From Ruditapes philippinarum (lineage: Eukaryota), in the NCBI RefSeq assembly GCF_026571515.1, contig NW_026856902.1:1-64000 (forward strand): DNA of 64,000 nt, given 5' to 3'. The notes under the pieces were generated by a model. The model ran no database searches, was not told the origin of the DNA, and was given only the letters and a program-made list of their open reading frames with translations. Shown here in pieces: positions 24,925 to 36,400 of the stretch (the first letter of the stretch is position 1; each line of letters opens with the position of its first letter). The position numbers and the translations under genes are program-made.

Positions 24925-25185
24925 TGAAAGCCCAACAAGACAAAATTGAAAATGTTGCAGGCTTGGTTTGATTGAGCCTGTTCATGGACGATAATGGAAA
25001 AGTACAAGTTACAGCCCACGCCCCCTAGCACTGCTTCAAGCAGAATTCAATATTAAATCATGGTAATAGTGAAATTTTGAATTTAGAAACATCCGCAGAT
25101 GTATTCATACGGCGGTTATCATGGAATCTTCAATGCGACACTTTCGTGTCATTCCATGAAAAGCGGCGTATGGTCCCCAAGTAAA
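24925..25185 (+). repeat. Dispersed repeat family member (other fragments at about 27990-28075, 29035-29190, and inverted at 42985-43210 and 54730-54790)
   Basis: Shared core caaaattgaaaatgttgcaggcttggtttgattgagcctgttc and aaacatccgcagatgtattcatac. Confidence 0.6.
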
Positions 25186-25989
25186 AGAATGTGTGTGCAC
25201 AATGGGCGGAACTAAATAAAATGGAATTTTGAAAGGGGAACAGAGGTTATGAAGCCTGTAAATCACAGATATGACGTCAAAAGACAAATTTAAAAAGCAG
25301 GCAACATAACCTAAGGGTGAAATATTGGAACCACCCAACTAGAGAAATGTCAAAAAAGTAAAAACTAAACGTACCACAAACACAACAATAATGTCGTGCT
25401 GAACTATCTTTAAGGATCGAAAATTTAACATCCCTGATTGAAGCCAGTGCTAGAAGGCGTGAGGGATGTTGCACTTTTTCATTATCTCTCATTCTCAGAC
25501 TCAATCAAACCGAGTCTGCAATTTTCATGTAATTTTGATGTGATTAATGCTTCCAAGGGATCAGTTTGTTTCCAGATTTTTCTTTTCTTGGTTGATGTTG
25601 TTTATGGCAGTGATATTTGTTGCTTTGTTGATGAAAAATTGTAGAGGGGACCTTTGAAACATATTAGCTACAGGTATCTAAAATATTTACACTGACGTAT
25701 TGTTGTAAGACCTAAGAATCTTCAAAAGTATGGTTATATAAATAGATGCCCGTTTTGCGGAAATCCGACTGTAAATTGTTCACTAGAAATGCTTTCTCAT
25801 ATGCTGAACGTCTAAGTGAACAAACGTTATAAGGTGTAATGCTCTATCGACAGTCCTCCTGTGCTCTTTGCCACTGATTCTTCTTGCTCGGTCGTTTGGG
25901 GGTTGCGTTCATCGAACGTCACATGTCCTTGTTGATCTTGTATATCATAATATTTCACGCATAAACGATTATTCACAGAATTACAAAAT

Positions 25990-26720
25990 TGTTTCAAACG
26001 GTCAAAAGCACCCAACATCTAAGGGCTGTAACACAGGACTCGTATGATAAACGTTCTATCAACTCAACATTCATATAAATCTTGTGCAATATAACAGTAG
26101 CATTGAACTCAGGTGAACGTTCCTGCAGGAACTTTATGATTTTCAATGTAATGGCAGATAACACCATCAACACGAGTACTTCCACCATTTAGGAGTTCTA
26201 GTCTTATCTTCTAGATTACTTTTGCCGTGTTGGGTCTTCTTCAGGGATTCTTATTTTCTCTATTTTCTTGCGTCCGGAAAACAAAATCTCTAGCACATTA
26301 TAATCAATTACTATTATCACAAACCTGAATCAAAGGTGACAATTTGAGGTTTACACTCACATGTGACAACAGCTGGTGGGAAATTGGAAGTAGACAAACC
26401 TTTTTCACCAACATTGTATATGCGTTCTAGTCTGGCCTTAAGAATATATTTGTCAAAAAATGAACCCAGTTCTTCACATAACTTGGTGACACAGTTCAAA
26501 GGTCTTTGTAAAATGAGCACGAAGTTTGAACAGCTTATGTTCCGGCCAACTTGACATGAAATATCAAAAACAAGATCAACAAGGAAAGGAGGCGTTCAAG
26601 AAACCACCGGAGGCATTAACTGCTACTGGTGTAATAGTCAACTTTAAGTTCTACTCTTCCACTAATTTGTGGCTAAGAAAATCTAAAGTAAAAATGCCAA
26701 ACTACCTTGCAAGGGTTTGA
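25990..26720 (-). pseudogene. Degenerate pogo/Tigger-like (DDE_1) transposase relic
   Basis: EELGSFFDKYILKARLERIYNVGEKGLSTSNFPPAVV resembles the pogo-family RIYNxDExG first catalytic motif. Downstream KFLQERSP..MLLLY resembles the approach to the LLLxDGH motif. Many stops and frameshifts. Confidence 0.55.
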
Positions 26721-29680
26721 TGTGCCCCTTTCTGGATGATCTTCTTCAAGTCTTACACCAAGGAGGTTGGTGAAAAGCACCAGCACTTCCTTTGTGGAAG
26801 CTGCAAACCAAACATGATCCATTTAGCAGAGCTTGTAATAAAATGCTGGCCTTTCATCATACCAAATCAAGATGTACATATCTTATTATTTTCAATAATA
26901 ACTTGAATTAATCGATAACGACAATATTATATAACGCGTACAGGTTACAACAGTCTGAAAATCTTCTGCAACAAAAATAACACGATTAATGGAAATAAGA
27001 ACAGTAGACGGTAAAGGAATATGTGACACAATGCTTGCTATCATGTTATCTTTGGTGTGGTCAGCATGTCATGCATAGGTTTGCTGTTTGCTTTCTTCCA
27101 AAATAGCTTGCAGGAAAGCGAATACTGCTGTATCCAAGTGTGACCGGTTCTGACTTTCTGACGTAATCGATTGATCAAATTTAATAATTATAAATGACCA
27201 TAATTTTGAATATAAACGCTTGCTTTTTTAACTTGATCGCATATTTAATACAGATGCTTATTTCCTAGCCCGAGAGAAAGTAAAAAAGACCAAAGAAGTC
27301 CTAACACAAATACTATGGCAATTATATTGGTTCTAGAGGAAAAAGTTTTTAAGTTTCTTTCTATTATTTCCTTTGGTTAAACCAGTTTCTGCATGGAATC
27401 AAATTATTTGAACATTTTTAAAGACAGACACCTAAAGAAACAATACTGGCACGTTTTGTAGAAATCGGACCTGTGTTTTTGTTAAAGGATTTTTTTCATT
27501 CACTATGTATTCTATATTACAGAAGCACACACATCCCTGTTCACTGTTTTGTAAATAACAAACACTTATATTAAAGGAAAACAATTCAAGAGGTTCTGAA
27601 GCGTTTTGGTTTGAAAATCTACTATAATAATAGGATATTTATAGCTTATTGCTTTATTAAGATATATCAATTGATAACATTGATTTCTATCATTATCGTT
27701 ATAAAGAAAACGTTTTATATATTCAATCACATTGGTGATTTACATGAAACGGATAAAGTTTGCAAAACTGGCAAATACTTGTTAGGTAAGTATTTTACTT
27801 ACAATTAAAAAGAACTTACACGAATTTCATTAATTTAGTTAAAAGATAAACTCCAACGACTTTTATTTATCTAGGTAAAAGAAATATCTTCTGATTTATT
27901 CGTATAAACATTGCCATTGGTAAATGTCAATGACTTCTATGAATTCACTTATTGTAGCGAATAAAATAAAGAAAAACTGAATTGCTAAAGAACGCCCAAA
28001 AAGACAAAATTGAAAATGTTCCAGGCCCGGTTCGGTTTGATTGAGCCTGTTCTTTGACAGAACTGGAAAGTGAGACATAAAAGGATATATTATTCAGTTT
28101 ATATTATATAAAAAAAGAAAAGAAAAAAATACAACAACAACAAACCAACAACAAAAACAAGAAAAAAACAGCGCCTTTCAAAAAAAAACAAACAAAAAAA
28201 ACCAAAAAAACAAACAAACTTTTAAATTTACATTGTACAGGTTTTAAACGTTTCATAACGTATTATAGATTTTCTAGACATTAGTCTATATACATATAAA
28301 AGTAGGAAGTGAATAAAATGTATCAAAAAAATATCCACAGAAATTAAATCTCCATTTCGTTAATATTTTACAAAACATGGAGCGAAATGATTTGCAATTT
28401 ATTTTAAAATGTGAGACAATTTATTCGTGTTACTAATCAATAATTGACAATAAAACGCCAGTTTATAACATTTGTATTTGGTTTCAACCACCTTACCTTG
28501 AGTGGAGTTAAAATGGATGATGGTCATCTCGTGAACGTCAGAATGAATGAGTTTGAGTCATTGTGCGTATTTTATTGTGTAAAATAACATATCGATTTGA
28601 CTAATAATATAAATCGCATGATTAAGATACAAAAAGGAAAAAGAAAGAATAAAAAGTTTTACAATGTATGTTTAAGATTCACGTGAATTGTATCATATCT
28701 CTTTAACAACACGCCTTTTTACATTTTTTTAGAAATAAGTTTATTGGCGCAACACTTAAACTATTTATTTGATGTATTTATAAGCATATTTTATCTTTAT
28801 TATTATCAAGCAATTGTTGTAATTATATCATGTGACAGACAGCTCAATTTCTAAGTGTCTTTATCCTCAATTAATCTTATAATTAAGTGCTTAAATTTGA
28901 TTAGTTGATCTTAATCAGACTTTTATGCGTCAATTCTTTATTGTTTAAATATTTCAGTAATAACATACAGTCTATGGGGTTTTCAGGAAGTTTCATTAAC
29001 ATCTTTCTAAATGGCACAAAATAGAGAAAAACAGAATCCCAAAACAAAGCCCAACACGTCAAAATTGAAACTTCTGCAGCCTCCTGTTCATGAACGTTAG
29101 TGGTAATTGTACGCAACAGTCCACACCCTCTAACACCGGTTTATGCAGAATTGAACATCTAACATGAACTATTTTTTGAAACATCCGCCATATTGCATTC
29201 CTGTTGAAAAGTAGCAAATCAGGTATTTGTTACTAATAATATATTGCTGTTGAGATATAAAAGGACAACTAACCGAGTAACAGAAATTAAACACTACCAG
29301 CTTTATAACGTAGGGGCATATGAGATGCATAATTAAGGATTGTTCCCCTCAGTATGTTTTACATTTTTCTTGCTATGCATGTATGTAAACTTTAATCTAC
29401 AGTCAGTCATCCATTCTTACATATTTCATTATAGTTATAATGGATGTGATAATATAAATGATCGACTGTATTTCATTTGAATGCGTTTAGAAATACAGAT
29501 CATATTAATTGATTCTAAACTCATAAATAGATTAAAATGAGGAAAAATATCGTTAGAAAATCGGTTAAAGTACAATTAAAACAGTATTTGCTTGAAATTA
29601 TTGTATTGCAATACAGTTCTAAAAACTTTATCTAGGTAACTATAATGTTTTCTATTATATATTTTTATTAAGTTTAATTT

Positions 29681-29873
29681 ATACATTCTGACCACCCCCT
29701 TCATAATGTTTTAATTTTATATCCACATCGTAATGAGTGGACAATATACACGTGATTGTGTTCCCATGTATAAATATCTATCTCTCTGGCACTATATATC
29801 CATTTTGAATGCGCTGTTGTTCAAAGCGGTTCAAACCCAGACTGGACGTAAAGTATCAAGTGAAATCGTAAGT
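29681..29873 (+). promoter_or_regulatory. Putative promoter and non-coding first exon of EPDR-3 (E-box CACGTG at 29749, TATAAA at 29768, donor GTAAGT at 29868)
   Basis: Conserved with 16538-16715 upstream of EPDR-2. Confidence 0.55.
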
Positions 29874-30462
29874 TTTCATTTTTTTATTTTGTTACATATG
29901 GAAGTTGTCGGTCTACATATAAATATATCTGCGTAAATGATAAAAAATCACAATATTTCATCTAGTACAGATCAAATTAAATGCCAAAAAATTGGTTTGA
30001 TTTCTATCAAAAAATGAAATGTTGCTAAATTATTCATACTTATATTAATTATAATGATATCGATTCATCGGAATTTTACATTATATGAATGAAAATCATA
30101 ATTTAATATCTAACATAGATAAAAATCTTAGAATCTTATTTATAATAGAATTTATAGCATGAAAAATGACAAACTGTATAGTTTAACTGTATCTGTTGTA
30201 TGTTAGTAAAATCTCTAATAATACCGAACATTAACTTTGCTGTCTGCATTATATACTTGTGATGTTTATATTAACTATTTAAACGGTTGTTGTTAATTCA
30301 TAAAATATTTCATTTGTATCTAAAGTGAAGGAAGTTTGCTGCATCGCATAAACGAATTTATCATATCAGTCAAAAAATCTTAATGATTTTACTTAATAAA
30401 CAACTCCTTGTTATTATTTGATCTCTTCTCGCATCTTTTACTTACTCCTGATCCAGCCAACA

Positions 30463-33400
30463 ATGATGTTGAAAGGCTTTTATCTTCTCGTCTTGGTGGC
30501 TGTTGTCCACTGTAAGACAAAAAGGTGCTGTTTCCCACAAAACTGGCAGTTACAACAAACATCAGTAAATGCTTATGCTTATAACACAACAAAGGAATTA
30601 GAAATGGTAAGTTATATTTTATTCAATATTATTACATTGTTAAATTATATGATTTTGGTCTTTTTGCGTTTGTTAATTAAAACTCTAATATCAAATTATA
30701 GTATTTGCAAAGAAGGGGTAAATAAGTTATAATTAAATTTTAATCTCATATATGGAAACAAATAAACAAGTTGACCTATCGATATACTGTAAAATCATTA
30801 TTATTCGTGGGGCACGAATTTTCGTGGTTTTCGTGGGTAGGTCAATCCACGAATTTAAGATCCGACGAATTTTTATCCCAACAAATACTTCTTACCCTGT
30901 CTCTGTTCTATATATTACAAACATGCGTCGGCTCTTTTCCGGCCTATATTTCGTGAAATGGATGTAAGTACAGACAGATAACCAGGTTAGTGACATATTA
31001 AATCCGAGTGCAATATTTAAGAAACTTAAAAGAAAACTCGATTATATGTCCTCAATTTACTGTCACAAATGTCGCATATACATACTTGATCGTTGTAGTC
31101 TACTAAGACTTGATTGTGTTAAGGTGACAACGGAGTCAATTATCACTGAAAATACCTAAAATGAGTTTTTTTGCTAAGTAGATTTATCAACCTTTTCTGA
31201 ACACATTCGTGATTTAATTTTGGAAGCAGTTAGTCCAAAAAATGTGTTTTTAAACGTTTTAAAACGGTACCTATACTATTTGTAACTGCTACTCGCGTAA
31301 CCTGTCGATTATCGATAACGCTCCGCCCCCTGTTGAGGCATCAATGAGGGAAATCGGTAGTTCCATATATCCGTGAATTACAGGTCCATACTTCTCGTAA
31401 TACATGTATTGTACAACTACCGTACATCTTTTATGAATATCTCAACATTTAGCCTTTTTTATAAATTAAGAAATTGTCGGCCAATGTACGTAACATAAAT
31501 AATTAAGCATAGCGGCAAATCGCACAACCACGGGGTTGAATAAAAATGTAGTTGCTAAAATATCCATAATGTGTGAAAATAATTTGTCTGTCCCGTTAAT
31601 CTGATACATATTACATTGAGTTGATAGACTTTTGTACGGATTCAAGGGCTTACTTTACATTCAACCTCGTTTTCTAACAATGTTGAGTAAAACAACAACA
31701 AAAACAGACAACATTTTTTATGTGAACGCCTATATGACTTGTGGTAAGGTGTCCCTGACAAATTTCTAAACCATTTTAGATTGTGTAAGGATGATTATTT
31801 CTCTCTGAATAAAAAAAGATATTAAAATATATTTTCAGTGAAAATAAATTGTTCGCCAGTAAATCGGGCACAGTACTAATATATCTGGGACAAAGTATGA
31901 AATTTATTGTCTATCCCGGTAGAAACTGAATCTCTATGCCGTGCATAGATGATATTCATAATAGAAGTCAAGAAGGCCATATCATAATGATGGAGTAATA
32001 CCTTTTATTTCTATTAAAATATGTGAAGCATTATCAATTTGGTGGAAAAAATATATAATATCCTGTTCTTATTTGTACATCTACCATGGACTTTAAAAGA
32101 CTGTCAGAAGCTCAGTTTTTTGTTATTTTATTTTATATTTTAACGGAATTTCATACACGAATACACAGGCAGAGTGACACTGGTATAATACAATAATAAT
32201 GCTGATGATAATAATAATAAACTTCAAAAAGGAAACAATTAAATACCCCGCTAGCGGTGCGCAAATGCGTTCCATTTCCCCCCACTGAGTGCCTCAAATT
32301 TTACCGATAGTCACGTGACATGTGCGAAAGATACCAGACGAACAGTAAATCACGTTAAGAATTGAAGAAATTTCGGCTATAAACTGATATTAATCAGCAG
32401 CTTTTTAATTGGTCAGATGTCACTGGGTCATAAAATGTTGTTAGAGTATGTTACCGCAACTTGTGACCCTCTCTGGTGCGATATTTGTGTATTATGCAAT
32501 TATTTAGCGTGAAACGTAGGGGTCCGAGAGAGAACAGCCGATTTATGACACTTCGTTTGATGCGGGTCGGACTAACTTTGAATCGGCATAACTTTTTTAA
32601 TAATCAAGCAATTAACATGCGGTTTAAAGCACATGAAAGGAAATTCATTTACGGAGGGAACCGTGTCAGAGATTTTTGTTTGCTCAATCAGCGACTTAAT
32701 TATCTTTAATTACGTAATATGTATGGTGAAAAAAGTCGCATAAAATGTTTGACGTTACGTAATATTTTTTTGAGAAAAGATAGAAAAAATTTGAGACACG
32801 GTTCCCCAGATAATATAAGTAAGGTTATTTTCCAAAAGTTTGATGACAAAAAAATAAAAAATGACTTTGATATGACGATTTAAAATTTTAGGATTTTTAT
32901 TCAAAATCAATCATTTACAAAAACATTTTTTTCAAATATGTTATTTTTTATGCTGATCAGCGACATTTAATGCATAAAGATTAAATAAATAACAATTATT
33001 ACTAAAATAACTTGGTTTAAATTACATTTATGTGAGTACCACGGAAAGTGTCTGTTGTCACCTTAACAATAATACTTGAAATAATCGAGTAAATATGGGA
33101 ACCCAGGCAGTGCAATAATTAGCGCTAATAAAAATTGTCAGTTTGCTCTTATTAATTAGAAAAATAGACTTTGATATTAATGTCGTAAGTACACAAAACT
33201 ATAAAAAAATACGATCGCTAAAACAGATTTATTGTACTTTCCTTTGTCGTTTTTAAATGATCCAGTTTATATGAATTTTAATCGGTAATTGTGCGAATGC
33301 TATTCCGTAAACATCAAAGACGGCCACCGACTTTTACAAGATCCACATATACTCCTGTTATTTACCGAGAATTATTTATATGCATGTAAATTTACACAGT

Positions 33401-36400
33401 CGCTGTGACGTTACGTGTAGTTACTGTCAAATATGTTAAGGCCAATTCTACGGAATGCCGTTAGGGCCATTGCCTATTAATGTGTTGATCTGAAACGCGA
33501 TAGTCGATAGTACGATGGTGAAAACGCGAAATTACGAAACTACGATGGTGAAAACGCGAAAGTACGATGATGAAAACGCGAAAGTACGATGATGAAAACG
33601 CGACAGTACGATACTACGATGATGAAAACGCGATAAACTATCGTGTTTTCACCATCGTACTGTCGCGTTTTCACCATCGTAGTTTCGTGATTTCGCGTTT
33701 TCATCATCGTACTGTCGTATTTTCATCATCGTACTATCGCGTTTTCACCATCGCACTATCGCGTTTTCATCATCGTACTGTCGTGTTTTCATCATCGTAC
33801 TATCGCGTTTTCACCATCGTACTGTCGTGTTTTCATCATCGTACTATCGCGTTTTCATCATCGTACTATCGCGTTTTCATCATCGTACTATCGTGTTTTC
33901 ACCATCGTAGTTTCGTGATTTCGTGTTTTCACCATCGTACTATCGACTATCGCGTTTCAGATTAACACATTCATAGGCGATGGCCCTAACGGCATTCCGT
34001 ACAATTCAGGGTATAAACGTTTAAACTCGCTGGTTAAAACGGCCAGGTGTCGTATAAATTATGCGATGTTTTTTTACATCGGCGAATTATAGGGGCAGTG
34101 TGTCCAATGGAGGTGCATATCATGTCACATAAATGTGTTAATTGCAGTCAATTATCGGCAGTAACTGTGCTATATTAGAGTTATGCCCAGAGGCAAGGAT
34201 TAAATTTATTGACAACCGCTGTGCGAAGTAAAGATATTTCCTTTATACCATTCCTTCCCTTACATAAGAGTATGACTATACCTAAAACTGTTTTAATATA
34301 AAACAACAACTAGTTGCAATACAAATTCTGTATTTGAGTAAGCGTCTAGACAGTCAGATGAACCAAAAAGAACGGGCATGTATTAATTATTTATTGTGGA
34401 CCAACTTATATTTCAAAATGCATATTAAATGAAAATTATTAACATAACACAACGAATTAATGGAAGTGTACAAATTGTCTATAACATAATTCAATTCACA
34501 AGCCGAGATTTAAAGACACTGACAGACGCTCATGAACGCTGTCTTTAATGTACATATCCTTAGCACCTTCACTAACCCAACGTCCGTGTCTCTTAAAAAT
34601 CCTGTCTTTAATACCTTTATTTGCTGCAGCACTCACTGCTCCTGAACGTAGTGAATGCAAACAATAATTACTAACATTATCAACATGAGGTTTTAACACT
34701 TCAATAAAAATATCTCGTAGATTAGAATACGACATTGGCTTATTTATTTTCCTTCTTCTGTATCCAGTTTTTGTTGCACATATATTACAGAATAGAAAAT
34801 GATCATCCAGAAATTCTCCCCACAATATTAATTTCTGAACATTTGCAACTGGGCATAACTTTGTACCCGTTTTTGCGATCAATACCCAAGCCCCATCTCT
34901 GTATTTATCTGTCTTGCTACTTTCAATGAAAACAGACATATAAGTAGAATTAAACACTATGTCTCTAACACGAATTTTTTAAAAGTTCAGAACTTCTTAA
35001 AAAACCTGCATATGCAATCAAAATAGCGCAGATAATTCGTTGACTTTTTATATTATACTCTACATACAATCTGTCATAAATACTATTAATAATTTCTACA
35101 TTAATAGGTTCTTTCCTTTTAACTGGCTTTGACAGAAGTCGTTTACTAGCTTCAAGAACATTTAAAACCAATTTTGATTCTGTAGGCGAAATTAATCCAT
35201 ACATTTCGTGAAACCATTTAATAGAAATAAAAAGCTGAAACGGTGGGGCTTTGCAAATTTACAGTCTGAATAAGAGATGCTAGATAAATTGCAACTGTCA
35301 GTATTTAAGCTGTCAAAGTATCCCTACTCCCCAACCCATTACACAGAGCCCATTTTTGAAAACGTAAAAGTATACTTTTTGTCCGTTCCTCGTGCTCTTG
35401 AATTACGCAACAGGTCCGGGAGCAAGTCCACTTTTCCCGCCAAAACATCCGGCAGTTCTTCAATATCTTCAGCGTAAATTTGAAGAAATAAATGTAAAAA
35501 AGAAAAATGACAATAATATAAATCAGCGCAAACTCAAATTGTTGCATTGTTATTATTATCTATTGTTATTGTTGTAATTTTTATGTAACAAAAAATGCTA
35601 TACAGCATTATGTTCTTGTAACAAGCAATACAAAAGGCGATCCCGCCGTATAAAGCAATACTGCAATGTGCGATACCGCATTTTTCTTTTGCAAGGGAGA
35701 CCATCCGGTTATTACTTAATAGAAATACAAACTTAATTATTTCCCTTGAGTAAACTGTAATTTTAAAGCTAACATTCTAAATTTTAAATCGGTATTTCCA
35801 AAGATACCTTTTCCATTTTTACACTTAATATAAAAATGTCTTTCCGTAGGTAAATCAAACCAATCTACAACTTCTTTTATGAAACACCCATTCGGGCATA
35901 TAAACGGCCAAAATAAGGCGGACTTCCAACAAGGAATAACTAATACTCCATGTGCATGATCACAAGCCAATTTCATAATTACTCTATGAATAACAGATAT
36001 AGGAGGTACAAATAACCCAAACTGCCCTTCCCAGCTTTCCGAAAAGGCGTCAATCCCAAAACAATCTGGGTTCCAAAATCTTGAATAAAACTTAGTCAGT
36101 TTAGCATTATAATATGACGCAAACCAATCAACATCTAATTGACCGAAACGATCAGTTATCATTTGTAATATATCAAACGAAATTCCCCAGTCATCAAAAT
36201 CAGACAACCTCGATAAAAAATCTGCCTTTTCATTTTGTGTTCTGGGGACCCACTCTACTTCTAAGGAAATAGCATTCTTCATGCAATACTGAAAAATTTC
36301 TTGAAGTTCTTGCCTCATAGAACCCTTTAAAACTATCACCTTAACCCCTTGATTATCAGTAAACCACTTAACACATTGACTTTTAAGGAAATGTCCTAGA

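Noticed and set aside
21200-29600. A sixth EPDR copy between paralogues 2 and 3
   Set aside because: I found no CCFP, CxP, DNCxP or FxVPxxC exons on reading. The interval looks like TE relics plus the duplicated upstream region of EPDR-3. A tBLASTn would be needed to exclude very degraded exons.
33567-33965. 132-aa repetitive ORF (FHHR/SSSYYRVF)
   Set aside because: Artefact of tandem subrepeats within the foldback element.
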